Shown here one piece after another: positions 21,540 to 30,240 of a stretch of 32,000 bases of DNA. The notes beneath the pieces are model-generated. The model was given only the letters and a program-made list of their open reading frames with translations. It did not search any database and was not told where the DNA came from. How positions within the stretch are numbered: position 1 is the first letter of the stretch; the number at the start of each line of letters is the position of its first letter. Origin of the DNA: a bacterium. Its GTDB lineage: Bacteria; Auribacterota; Erginobacteria; Erginobacterales; DAOSXE01. The stretch is taken from the NCBI GenBank assembly GCA_035380285.1, contig DAOSXE010000001.1, forward strand, positions 150,659 through 182,658. The letters are read 5' to 3'. The position numbers and the translations under genes are program-made.

Positions 21540-22661
21540 GTGACGGCCGTCATATTGTTTTTAGGATTCTGGGTCGTGTACACCTATGCCGGGTATTTCC
21601 TGGTCCTGCTTCTCTGGGGGCGGCTGAAGAAGCGTCGCCTCCACCCGGGTTCCCCCCCGGCCGAACTTCCCTCGGCGGTTCTCGTCATTCCGGTTCATAA
21701 CGAGGCCCGGCACCTGGAGAGGAAGCTGGAAAACGCGCTTTCTCTGGAATATCCCCGGGACAGACTCGAAGTGGTGGCAGTGGACGACGGAAGCACCGAC
21801 GGCAGCTCGGCGATTATCGAACGCTACCGCGAACGCGGGGTGAGGCTGATCGCCCTCGAGGCCAACCGGGGAAAAATAACCGCGCTCAACCGCGCGATCC
21901 CCCTGACCGGCGGCGCGATCATCGTTTTCACCGACGCCACCGCCGAATTCGCCCCCGACGCCCTCGGAAAACTGGCGGAAGCCTTCGCCGATCCCGACAT
22001 CGGCGCCGTTTCGGGTCAGCTGGTTCTGAGGGAGGAGACGCCGCAGGCTTCCGGCACGGTCCGGGTAGATGCGTATTGGAAACTGGAAAAGGCGATCAGG
22101 AAGGCGGAATCGAAGATCCATTCGGTGATCGGAGCCACCGGCGCGATCTGGGCGCTGCGCCGGGAATTTTACCGGGCACTCCCTTCCGACACCATTCTCG
22201 ACGACGTGGCGCTTCCGCTGCAGGCGGTGAGGGCGGGGCGGAGACTGCTGTTCGCGGAAGAGGCCGTCGCCTACGAGATGGAAGCCGCGGCTTCGGGGAA
22301 GGAGTTTCGGCGGAAAGTAAGGACCCTGGCCGGCAATTATCAGCTCTTCAGGCGCGAACCCTGGATATTCAACCCCGCCCAGGGGATCGCTTTCCAAGTC
22401 GTCTCCCACAAATTGCTGCGACTGCTGGCGCCGTTCGCGCTCGCCGGTATCTACGTCCTCTCCTGGGTCGCCGGCTTCCGGGCGCTGGCTTTGGCTCAGA
22501 CGGTTTTTTACCTGGCCGCCCTGGAAGGCTGGCGGCTCACCTCCCGCCACCGTCGTTGCCCGCCGTATTTTTCCCTTCCCTTCACCTTTTGTCTTCTCAA
22601 CTGCGCCGCCCTGGGGGCGTTTATCATGTATTTCTTTGCCCCCCGGCGTCTGCGTTGGTGA
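21540..22661 (+). CDS. GT2-family membrane glycosyltransferase
   Basis: N-terminal TM helix, then VLVIPVHNEARHLERKL...VVAVDDGSTDGS...IIVFTDATAEF...GAVSG, a GT-A fold with DxD-like motifs. C-terminal TM helices follow. GTG start. Confidence 0.8.
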   Translation: MTAVILFLGFWVVYTYAGYFLVLLLWGRLKKRRLHPGSPPAELPSAVLVIPVHNEARHLERKLENALSLEYPRDRLEVVAVDDGSTDGSSAIIERYRERGVRLIALEANRGKITALNRAIPLTGGAIIVFTDATAEFAPDALGKLAEAFADPDIGAVSGQLVLREETPQASGTVRVDAYWKLEKAIRKAESKIHSVIGATGAIWALRREFYRALPSDTILDDVALPLQAVRAGRRLLFAEEAVAYEMEAAASGKEFRRKVRTLAGNYQLFRREPWIFNPAQGIAFQVVSHKLLRLLAPFALAGIYVLSWVAGFRALALAQTVFYLAALEGWRLTSRHRRCPPYFSLPFTFCLLNCAALGAFIMYFFAPRRLRW

Positions 22662-22689
22662 GCCGTCGCCCTTCACGGGTATTTTGAGG

Positions 22690-22718
22690 TTGAAGACGGT
22701 CCCGGAACACTCGATACT
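22690..22718 (+). promoter_or_regulatory. Possible internal promoter upstream of the flippase-like gene
   Basis: TTGAAG (22690-22695), a 17-nt spacer, then GATACT (22713-22718), in the 84-nt gap before the AGGAGG-GTG start at 22746. Confidence 0.25.
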
Positions 22719-22745
22719 CTGTACTTTACCGCCAGGAGGATTCGG

Positions 22746-23828
22746 GTGAAAGACGGTTACGAAATCGAAGGCAAGGGAAGCTGGAAAAAACGGCTGTTTC
22801 TATTCGCCCGCCTCGCGGTCAGTTTCGGGCTGATCGGCTATATCGTTTATCAAATCGCATCCCGGCAGGACATCTCGGCGTTCCCGGTTTATTACGAGAA
22901 GGCCGACTGGTTGTGGCTGGGGGCAGCGGTTCTGTCGGTCATCCTCCTGCTCAGCGGGGGGGCTCTCCGATGGGGGTTGCTGCTGCGCGCTCAGGGCGTG
23001 CGCCTGAGCAAGGGCAGCATCTTCATGTATTTCATGATCGGAATGTTCTTCAACAACTTCCTGCCCAGTACCGTCGGCGGGGACGCCATCAAGATCTACT
23101 ACCTTCACCGGTTCGCCGGAAAGGGAAAGGAGGCTTTCGTCTCGGTACTCCTCGACCGGCTTCTGGGAATCGCCGGGCTTTGTATCGTGGCGGTCGTATC
23201 TTTGGCTCTCGGGTGGAGGATCATCCTCGGCAATCCCCACATCGCCGTCTATGCCTGGATGATCTTCGGCGTCGTGGGGGGACTGACCGTCTTCCTGGGC
23301 GCGTTTTTCCTGGTGATTTTCAACGACCGGATCATGGGGCTGGTCTTTCGGCTCATTCCGGTGGCGGGGCTGAAGACGAAAATACGCGGCATTCACGACT
23401 CGGTGCTGCTCTATCGCGGGCAGTTCCCCGTTTTATTCAAGGCGCTGGCGGTATCGGTGGCGATCTGGGTTTTCATAGTTTTATCCTGCTGGATGATCTA
23501 TCGGGCCTTTTATTCGCCCGCGGTACCTCCGTCGGAAGGGACCATGGGCCACATATCCATCGGGTATTTCTACCTGTTTCTCCCCACCATCGCCGCCATC
23601 ATGTCCGTTCCCATCTCGTTCGGAGGGGTCGGGACCCGGGAGGCGTTTTTCATACTCTTCTTCGGGAGCCTTCCCGGCATCGGGGAACTGGGGGCCCTGA
23701 TGATCTCTCTCAACTACTACCTTGCTTTTCTTCTGGCTTCCTCGATCGGGGGCTTCGTATACATCGCTAAGGATCAACTGCGATTCCACCGGGAATTGCC
23801 GCAACCTTCGCAGGAGAACGGACCATGA
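22746..23828 (+). CDS. Flippase-like / LPG-synthase-TM (UPF0104) family integral membrane protein
   Basis: KKRLFLFARLAVSFGLIGYIVYQI...LRWGLLLRAQG...FMIGMFFNNFLPSTVGGDAIKIYYL is the hallmark region of this family, which is frequently paired with GT2 enzymes. AGGAGG RBS before the GTG. Confidence 0.75.
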   Translation: MKDGYEIEGKGSWKKRLFLFARLAVSFGLIGYIVYQIASRQDISAFPVYYEKADWLWLGAAVLSVILLLSGGALRWGLLLRAQGVRLSKGSIFMYFMIGMFFNNFLPSTVGGDAIKIYYLHRFAGKGKEAFVSVLLDRLLGIAGLCIVAVVSLALGWRIILGNPHIAVYAWMIFGVVGGLTVFLGAFFLVIFNDRIMGLVFRLIPVAGLKTKIRGIHDSVLLYRGQFPVLFKALAVSVAIWVFIVLSCWMIYRAFYSPAVPPSEGTMGHISIGYFYLFLPTIAAIMSVPISFGGVGTREAFFILFFGSLPGIGELGALMISLNYYLAFLLASSIGGFVYIAKDQLRFHRELPQPSQENGP

Positions 23829-24556
23829 AGGGAGTGATACTGGCCGGAGGCCTGGGGACCAGGCTCTATCCGCTGACCAAGATAACCAACAAGCACCTGT
23901 TGCCGATTTACGACAAACCCATGATCTATTACCCCATCCAGACGCTGGTCAACGCGGGCATCGAAGACATCATGGTGGTCACCGGCGGGAACAACGCCGG
24001 GGATTTTCTCCGCCTGCTGGGCAACGGCAAGGAGTTCGGGCTCAAATGGCTGCGGTACGCCTACCAGGAGGGGGAGGGCGGAATCGCGGAAGCGCTTTCG
24101 CTGGCCGAGCATTTCGCGGACGGGGACAGGATTCTGGTGATGCTGGGAGACAATGTCATAGAAAAAAACATCACCGTTCACGTCGGCGATTTTCTCGAGC
24201 AACCTTCCGGGGCCAAGATCCTCCTCAAGGAAGTGGATAATCCGCGCGACTACGGGGTGGCGGTGATAGAGGGGGAGCAGGTGCGGACGATTATCGAAAA
24301 ACCGAAGGATCCTCCGACCAACCTGGCGGTCATCGGCATCTACATGTATGACGGAAAGGTCTTCGACTATATCCGGAATATCGAGCCGTCGGGCCGGGGG
24401 GAGCTGGAGATCACCGACGTCAACAACCTCTATATCGCGGCCGGCCAGATGAGCTACGGGATACTGGACGGGTGGTGGGCCGACGCCGGCTCGTCGATAG
24501 AAAACCTCTCCCGGGTCAGCCGAATGGTATATGATGGCGGCGCCAACAAGATATGA
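23825..24556 (+). CDS. rmlA: Sugar-1-phosphate nucleotidylyltransferase, short-form glucose-1-phosphate thymidylyltransferase-like
   Basis: MKGVILAGGLGTRLYPLTKITNKHLLPIYDKPMIYYPIQTL...GIAEAL...LGDNV, sitting upstream of rmlB/rmlD. Nucleotide specificity is inferred from context only. Confidence 0.75.
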   Translation: MKGVILAGGLGTRLYPLTKITNKHLLPIYDKPMIYYPIQTLVNAGIEDIMVVTGGNNAGDFLRLLGNGKEFGLKWLRYAYQEGEGGIAEALSLAEHFADGDRILVMLGDNVIEKNITVHVGDFLEQPSGAKILLKEVDNPRDYGVAVIEGEQVRTIIEKPKDPPTNLAVIGIYMYDGKVFDYIRNIEPSGRGELEITDVNNLYIAAGQMSYGILDGWWADAGSSIENLSRVSRMVYDGGANKI

Positions 24557-25581
24557 AAGGAACCCGCGCTAAGATGAGCAGGAAGGTATTGGTCACCGGG
24601 GGGGCCGGCTTCATCGGCTCCAATTTCATCCACTACTGGCTGGAAACCCATCCCGAGGACGAGATCGTCAACCTCGACAAACTGACGTACGCGGGAAACC
24701 CCGACAACCTCAAGGATATCGCCGACGACCCGCGCTATCGTTTCGTCAAAGGAGACATCGCCGACGCCGATACGGTCGGGCATCTCTTCGCGGAGGGGAT
24801 CGATCTGGCGGTTAACTTCGCCGCGGAAACCCACGTGGACAGATCGATCGGCGACCCGGACGACTTCATCCGGACCGACATCTACGGCACCTATGTTCTG
24901 TTGGAGGCGGCCAAGCAGAGGGGCGTGGGCAGATTCGTGCAGATTTCGACCGACGAAGTCTACGGCAGTATCGAGAAGGGCTTCAGCGTGGAGACGGACC
25001 CGTTGATGCCCCGTAACCCCTACGCGGCGAGCAAGGCCGGCGCCGACCGTCTGGCTTATTCGTATTTTGCCACCTACGGAGTCCCGGTGGTGATCACCAG
25101 GGCTTCGAACAACTTCGGCCCGTACCAATATCCCGAGAAGATGATTCCCCTCTTCGTCACCAACCTGCTCGACGGTCTTCAGGTTCCGCTCTACGGGGAC
25201 GGGCTCAATGTCCGCGATTGGCTCTACGTCCGGGACCACTGCAGCGCCATCGATGTGGTCGCGGCCCGGGGGACTCCGGGAGAAGTCTACAATATCGGGG
25301 GCGGGAACCTCCTGACCAACAAGGAGCTGACGTTCCTCATGCTCGAATTTCTGGGGGCTTCGGAGTCGATGATCCGGCACGTCAAGGACCGCGAAGGCCA
25401 CGATCGGCGTTATGCCCTCGACTCGTCCCGCCTCAATGCCCTGGGGTGGAGCCCCGCCGCCGAGTTCGATAAGGAGATGAAAGCGACCGTCGCCTGGTAT
25501 CGGGACAACCGCTGGTGGTGGGAAAAGATCAAGAGCGGCGAGTTCAGGGAATATTACCGCAGGCAGTATGCCCACCGTTGA
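24553..25581 (+). CDS. rmlB: dTDP-glucose 4,6-dehydratase
   Basis: VLVTGGAGFIGSNF, LDKLTYAGN, STDEVYG, YAASKAGAD and DGLNVRDWLYVRDH are canonical RmlB motifs. The start could be ATG 24553 (ATGA overlap) or ATG 24574. Confidence 0.9.
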   Translation: MKGTRAKMSRKVLVTGGAGFIGSNFIHYWLETHPEDEIVNLDKLTYAGNPDNLKDIADDPRYRFVKGDIADADTVGHLFAEGIDLAVNFAAETHVDRSIGDPDDFIRTDIYGTYVLLEAAKQRGVGRFVQISTDEVYGSIEKGFSVETDPLMPRNPYAASKAGADRLAYSYFATYGVPVVITRASNNFGPYQYPEKMIPLFVTNLLDGLQVPLYGDGLNVRDWLYVRDHCSAIDVVAARGTPGEVYNIGGGNLLTNKELTFLMLEFLGASESMIRHVKDREGHDRRYALDSSRLNALGWSPAAEFDKEMKATVAWYRDNRWWWEKIKSGEFREYYRRQYAHR

Positions 25582-26467
25582 GGCGAACAATATCCTGGTG
25601 GTGGGAGCGGGAGGGATGTTGGGGGGGATGCTCCTGAAGGTCCTGGCCCGGAGCCGGAAGACGGCCGGGGTGGATATCGGCGAATGCGATATCACTTCCC
25701 CCGAGGCCGTGGCCCGCAACCTGGATATTTACCGGCCGGCCTGGGTCGTCAACGCGGCCGCTTATACCGACGTCGACGGATGCGAAGCCGATCCGGAGCT
25801 GGCCGCCCGGGTCAATGGAACCGCTCCGGGAATCCTGGCCCTGGCCTGTCGGGAGCGCGGTGTCGGGCTCGTTCATATCAGCACCGACTTCGTTTTCGAC
25901 GGCCGGGGAAACCGTCCTTATCGGGAGGGCGATCCGCCGGCGCCGATCAATGAATACGGACGAAGCAAGCTGGCCGGAGAGACCGCGGTAGAGACCGCCG
26001 GGGGCGAATGGATCGTCGTTCGGACGTCATGGCTTTTCGGACCCGGCGGGAAAAATTTTCCGGCCACGATCTGGGGCGCCGCCTGCTCCCGTTCCGAACT
26101 CGCCGTTGTCTCCGATCAAGTCGGTTCGCCCACCTCGACAACGGATCTTTCCGAAGCGGTGGCGGCCCTGGTCGACGGGGAAGGGAGGGGAGTATACCAT
26201 TTCTGCGGACTCGGGGAGTGTTCGTGGTACGAATACGCCCGCTATCTGCTCGACCTGGCGGGATCGGAGACCCGGGTCCTGCCCATTTCCAGCGCGGACT
26301 CCGGGCGCCCGGCGGTCCGGCCGGCCTATTCGGTCATGGACTGCGGGAAGTACAGCGCCCTCACCGGAAAGAAGATCCGGACATGGCAGGAGATGGTGAA
26401 AGACTACTGGCTCCGGGAGCTTGGCCCGGAGTCGGGTGTTAAACGGAAGGGAGGCACCGATGCTTGA
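25568..26467 (+). CDS. rmlD: dTDP-4-dehydrorhamnose reductase
   Basis: ILVVGAGGMLG, NAAAYTDVDGCEADPELA, HISTDFVFDG, YGRSKLAGE and VRTSWLFG are canonical RmlD motifs. Confidence 0.85.
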   Translation: MPTVEANNILVVGAGGMLGGMLLKVLARSRKTAGVDIGECDITSPEAVARNLDIYRPAWVVNAAAYTDVDGCEADPELAARVNGTAPGILALACRERGVGLVHISTDFVFDGRGNRPYREGDPPAPINEYGRSKLAGETAVETAGGEWIVVRTSWLFGPGGKNFPATIWGAACSRSELAVVSDQVGSPTSTTDLSEAVAALVDGEGRGVYHFCGLGECSWYEYARYLLDLAGSETRVLPISSADSGRPAVRPAYSVMDCGKYSALTGKKIRTWQEMVKDYWLRELGPESGVKRKGGTDA

Positions 26468-26669
26468 CGAGAAACTGTTGGCTATTTTGGTCTGTCCGGC
26501 GTGTAAATCGCCCTTGCGCTACGACTCCGGACAGGAACGGCTGTACTGTCTGGATCGCGACCGGGAAACCCGAGAGTTCCGCCGGGGGGAACGCTGCGGG
26601 CTGATCTACCCGGTACGGGACGGAATCCCGGTCATGCTCATCGACGAGGCCGAGGCTCCCGTTGACTGA
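26460..26669 (+). CDS. Trm112/YcaR (UPF0434) family small zinc-ribbon protein
   Basis: MLDEKLLAILVCPACKSPLRYD...LIYPVRDGIPVMLIDEA. I chose the ATG at 26460 with a GGAAGGGAGG RBS inside the rmlD 3' end. Confidence 0.75.
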   Translation: MLDEKLLAILVCPACKSPLRYDSGQERLYCLDRDRETREFRRGERCGLIYPVRDGIPVMLIDEAEAPVD

Positions 26670-27759
26670 ATCTTCCTCCCTTCTCCCGAAACGTCTCGCA
26701 TCGATCCGGAGCAAACTGTCCCTGGTCAAGGGGGAGTACTTTCTGGTCGCCGCCCTCGGCAATGTCGCCTACCTCTCCGGCTTCAGCGGGGATGCGGCAT
26801 GGCTGCTGGTGGGGAGGAGAAAAGCCTGGCTGTTGACCGATCCCCGTTTTTCCGAAGAGGCGGGGGAAGATCTGGCGCCGGGAATAGGCCGCTTCGGAAC
26901 CAGGGCGGGGGTCGACGATCTGGCCGCGCTCCTGAAGGATGTCCGGGCCCGTAAGCTCCTGGTGGAGGACACGGTCTCCTGCCGGGTCCAGCGGCAGCTT
27001 CTCGCGCGTTTACCGGGGTTGAATGTGGACTTTATCCCCGGATCAGTCGAGGAACTCCGTTCCCGTAAGGATTCCGGAGAGCTGTCCAAGATCCGCGCCG
27101 CCGCGGCCCTGACGGACCGGGCTTTCCTGCGGCTGGTCTCAGCGGCCGTTCCGGCGGTCACCGACCACCGCCTGCAGGCGGCGGTCTGCGCCGAGATTTT
27201 CGAAGGAGGCGGAAGTCCCGCCTTCGAGCCGATTATGGCGGTGGGAGAGAATTCTTCGCGCCCTCATGCGCGGGCCCGGGGTTTGAGCCTGGGGCCCGGG
27301 ACCATCCTCCTCTGCGACTTGGGGGCGCGTCTAGATGGATACTGCGCGGACCTGAGCCGAACGTTTTGCCTGGGGCCGCCCCCGCCGCGGTTTGAGGAGG
27401 TCCACCAGGCGGTCGCCGACGCGCAACGGACGGCCATCGACCGGCTGCGGCCCGGTCTCACGGGACATGAGGTCGACGCCGCCGCGCGCGGGCTGCTGGC
27501 CGAACGCGGCCTGGGGGACTATTTCGGGCATGGCTTGGGGCACGGCGTCGGCCTCGACATCCATGAACTGCCCCGCCTGGGTCCGGGTTCGGCCGACGTC
27601 GTAGAGGAAGGGATGGTCGTGACCGTGGAGCCCGGGGTGTATATCCCGGGGTGGGGGGGAGTCAGAATTGAAGACACGGTCCTGGTGACGGGAACGGGGG
27701 TGGAGGTCCTGACCCTTTCGGGCCAGCACCCGCCGCGTTCCGTTTCGGACCGCCGGTGA
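26662..27759 (+). CDS. M24-family Xaa-Pro aminopeptidase/dipeptidase
   Basis: Creatinase-like N-terminal domain followed by a pita-bread domain. Metal-ligand motifs: [59 protein letters not shown] start, uncertain. Confidence 0.8.
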   Translation: MTESSSLLPKRLASIRSKLSLVKGEYFLVAALGNVAYLSGFSGDAAWLLVGRRKAWLLTDPRFSEEAGEDLAPGIGRFGTRAGVDDLAALLKDVRARKLLVEDTVSCRVQRQLLARLPGLNVDFIPGSVEELRSRKDSGELSKIRAAAALTDRAFLRLVSAAVPAVTDHRLQAAVCAEIFEGGGSPAFEPIMAVGENSSRPHARARGLSLGPGTILLCDLGARLDGYCADLSRTFCLGPPPPRFEEVHQAVADAQRTAIDRLRPGLTGHEVDAAARGLLAERGLGDYFGHGLGHGVGLDIHELPRLGPGSADVVEEGMVVTVEPGVYIPGWGGVRIEDTVLVTGTGVEVLTLSGQHPPRSVSDRR

Positions 27760-27769
27760 AATTTTCGTG

Positions 27770-27798
27770 TTCACCCCCCGGCGTCGCCGGACTATACT
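27770..27798 (+). promoter_or_regulatory. Possible sigma70-type promoter for the PFK/heptose operon
   Basis: TTCACC (27770-27775), a 17-nt spacer, then TATACT (27793-27798), about 40 nt upstream of the AAGGAGG RBS and the ATG at 27847. Confidence 0.3.
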
Positions 27799-27846
27799 CC
27801 GAATGTTTCTCCGGGGGAAACGCGTGAATATCAAGGAGGAGCTTTC

Positions 27847-29166
27847 ATGATCAAGAGAATCATCGTCGGGGAATCGGGAGGACCGACGCCGGTAATCGAT
27901 TGGGAAATCTCGGGGGTGATGGACGCCGCCCAGAAAGCCGGGGTGGAAATTTACGGCATGATCAACGGTCTGGAAGGTCTTCTCAACGCCGATATCGAGG
28001 GGAATATCGTCGACCTCACGCACCTCGACCACATGGCTTTCGCTTTCAACGGGCCGGGAGCGGGGTTGAGAACGACCAGGATCAAACCCGACGAGGAGCA
28101 GTACCGGCATATCGCGCGCAACCTGGAGGCGCTGGGAATCGACGGAGTCGTGTATATCGGGGGTAACGACAGCGCCGCCCAGCTCCTGGGGCTCACCGCT
28201 CTGGCCGATGTCGCCGCCGTCCACGCCATCAAGACCGTGGACAACGATCTGCCGGTGACGCACCACAGTCCGGGTTACGGTTCCGCGGCTCTCTACAACG
28301 CCACCGCCCTGAAGAACGTCTATAACGATTTTTCTTCCTACCGGGTCTGGGGGCATTTCCGCCGGTCCGGCGAAGTGATCAAATCCCTGAGCACCGCTCC
28401 GGTGGTGATCTACCAGGTGATGGGCCGGAAGGCCGGTTGGCTGGCTCAGTCCACCGCCTTTGCCAAGGTGGACCCCAAGGGGGACATCGTCGACGAGTAT
28501 GCTCCCCATATCGTTCTCAGCAAGGAGGTCCTCTTCGACCCCGACGAATTTCTGGACGCTCTGAGCCGGGTCATAACCCGGCTGGGAGAAGCCGTGGTCG
28601 TGGTCCAGGAAGATCTGACCGACAAGGCGACCGGAGAGGCGTTGGCCAAGATCCACGCCCGGGAAGTGGTGACGGACGCGCACGGCAATATTCAGCACGG
28701 TCGCGCCGGCTCCTTCGTCCCTTCCATCTTTCTGGCCCAGTTGATCAAGCGGAATCTGCGGGTGGAGGCGGTTTCGGGGGAGATCAAGGAAGCCGCCCTG
28801 GCGCCCCAGCATATTCAGCGAAGTTACGTCATGTCCCGGCAGGATGCGTCCGAAGCCTACATGGTCGGGTTTTCGGCGGTGGAAGCGCTGCTCTCGGGGG
28901 AAAACCTCAAGTCGGTGATCCTGCAGCGGGGCGATTGCCGGACCTCGACCGGCCTCACCGATCTGGAGAATATCGCCGCCAAGGACCGCTCCGTTCCCCT
29001 CGAATACATCAACGGCCTTTACGGCCCCACCCAGGAGTTCATCGACGAGTTCATCTACCTGATCGGCGGACCGGTGGGCATTCCCCATTATTCGTCCCAT
29101 TCTTTCTGCCCGGTTCCGGTCCCCTCCGAAATCGGGTCACGGCCCTATGTAAGGGAAGGCCGATGA
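27847..29166 (+). CDS. Phosphofructokinase-family protein, PPi-dependent type by signature residues
   Basis: The PFK motifs are GESGGPTPVI, YIGGNDSA, IKTVDNDL and VMGRKAGWLA. Asp is at the position where ATP-PFKs have Gly (GGDGS), and Lys sits before TVDND. Both are recalled as PPi-type signatures. Confidence 0.7.
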   Translation: MIKRIIVGESGGPTPVIDWEISGVMDAAQKAGVEIYGMINGLEGLLNADIEGNIVDLTHLDHMAFAFNGPGAGLRTTRIKPDEEQYRHIARNLEALGIDGVVYIGGNDSAAQLLGLTALADVAAVHAIKTVDNDLPVTHHSPGYGSAALYNATALKNVYNDFSSYRVWGHFRRSGEVIKSLSTAPVVIYQVMGRKAGWLAQSTAFAKVDPKGDIVDEYAPHIVLSKEVLFDPDEFLDALSRVITRLGEAVVVVQEDLTDKATGEALAKIHAREVVTDAHGNIQHGRAGSFVPSIFLAQLIKRNLRVEAVSGEIKEAALAPQHIQRSYVMSRQDASEAYMVGFSAVEALLSGENLKSVILQRGDCRTSTGLTDLENIAAKDRSVPLEYINGLYGPTQEFIDEFIYLIGGPVGIPHYSSHSFCPVPVPSEIGSRPYVREGR

Positions 29167-29726
29167 GGGAAACCATTCTCAGTTCCATCGAAGAGGGGCT
29201 CGGGGTCGTCCGCAGCCTGAAAAATCTGGCTCCGGAGATCGAGGAAGCGGCTGCTGCCATCATCGCTTCGTTGCGGGGGGGAGGAAAGGTGCTGGTCTGC
29301 GGCAACGGCGGCAGCGCCGCCGATTCTCAACATATCGCCGCCGAATTGATCGGCCGTTTCCGGCGCGAGCGTCGGGCACTCCCCGCCGTGGCTCTGACCG
29401 TCGACACCTCGATCCTGACCTCGCTCTCCAACGACTACAGTTTCGACCGCGTTTTTTCGCGCCAGGTCGAAGCGCTGGGTTCTCCCGGAGACGTTCTTCT
29501 GTTGATATCCACCAGCGGGAACTCGGCCAACCTGTCGGCCGCCGCCGCTGCCGCCGAAGCCAAGGGGTTGAAGGTCATCGCGCTTCTGGGCCGCGACGGA
29601 GGCGCACTGGCGGGGAAAGCTGGAGTCGAAATCATCGTTCCCGCCGCCGACACCGCCAGAATCCAGGAAAGCCAGCAACTCGTGTACCACATCATCTGCG
29701 ATCTGGTCGAAGCCGCCTTCTCCTGA
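29163..29726 (+). CDS. gmhA: D-sedoheptulose-7-phosphate isomerase (SIS domain)
   Basis: KVLVCGNGGSAADSQHIAAELIGRF...RRALPAVALT...LSNDYSFDRVFSRQVEALG..GDVLLLISTSGNSANL...IVPA..TARIQESQQLVYHIICDLVE is the canonical GmhA pattern. The ATG overlaps the PFK stop (ATGA). Confidence 0.9.
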   Translation: MRETILSSIEEGLGVVRSLKNLAPEIEEAAAAIIASLRGGGKVLVCGNGGSAADSQHIAAELIGRFRRERRALPAVALTVDTSILTSLSNDYSFDRVFSRQVEALGSPGDVLLLISTSGNSANLSAAAAAAEAKGLKVIALLGRDGGALAGKAGVEIIVPAADTARIQESQQLVYHIICDLVEAAFS

Positions 29727-29729
29727 ACG

Positions 29730-30230
29730 ATGTCAGTTCCCGATCCCAGAATTCTCGGTCCCGGAGAGCTCAGGAAGCTGGCGGAGGAGGTCCAGGCCCG
29801 GGGCGGGAAGGTGGTCTTTACCAACGGTTGTTTCGATCTTCTCCACGTCGGGCATATCCGCTACCTGCGCGCCGCCGCCGCTTGGGGGGATATGCTCATC
29901 ATCGGGCTCAACAGCGACGAATCGGTTCGCCGCCTGAAGGGGGCCATGCGGCCCCTGGTCCCCGAAATGGAGCGCGCCGAAATTCTGGCGGCGCTGGAGA
30001 TGGTGGATTACGTCTGTATCTTCCCGGAGGATACTCCCCGGGAATTGATCGTGGCACTCCATCCCGATGTTCTGGTGAAGGGAGGCGATTACGTCCGTTC
30101 CCAACTGGCCGGGGCCGACGAGGTCGAAAGTTGGGGCGGCCGGGTGGTTCTGGCCGAGGAAGTGGAGGGAAAATCGACCCGCTGCCTCCTGGCCGAGATC
30201 AAGCGCCGGCAGGCCGTCGACGGGAGATAA
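29730..30230 (+). CDS. hldC: D-glycero-beta-D-manno-heptose-1-phosphate adenylyltransferase (RfaE/HldE domain II, stand-alone)
   Basis: KVVFTNGCFDLLHVGHIRYLRAA...LIIGLNSDESVRRLKG..RPLVPEMERAEILAALEMVDYVCIF...VLVKGGDY is a cytidylyltransferase fold with the HldC signature. Confidence 0.85.
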   Translation: MSVPDPRILGPGELRKLAEEVQARGGKVVFTNGCFDLLHVGHIRYLRAAAAWGDMLIIGLNSDESVRRLKGAMRPLVPEMERAEILAALEMVDYVCIFPEDTPRELIVALHPDVLVKGGDYVRSQLAGADEVESWGGRVVLAEEVEGKSTRCLLAEIKRRQAVDGR

Positions 30231-30240
30231 GGACCGAGGT

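Noticed and set aside
27775-27817. Inverted repeat CCCCCGG...CCGGGGG and the palindrome CCGGCGTCGCCGG after the aminopeptidase stop, as a rho-independent terminator.
   Set aside because: The loop is about 29 nt, the small palindrome has a 1-nt centre, and no U-tract follows. The region is better explained as promoter/5' UTR of the PFK operon.
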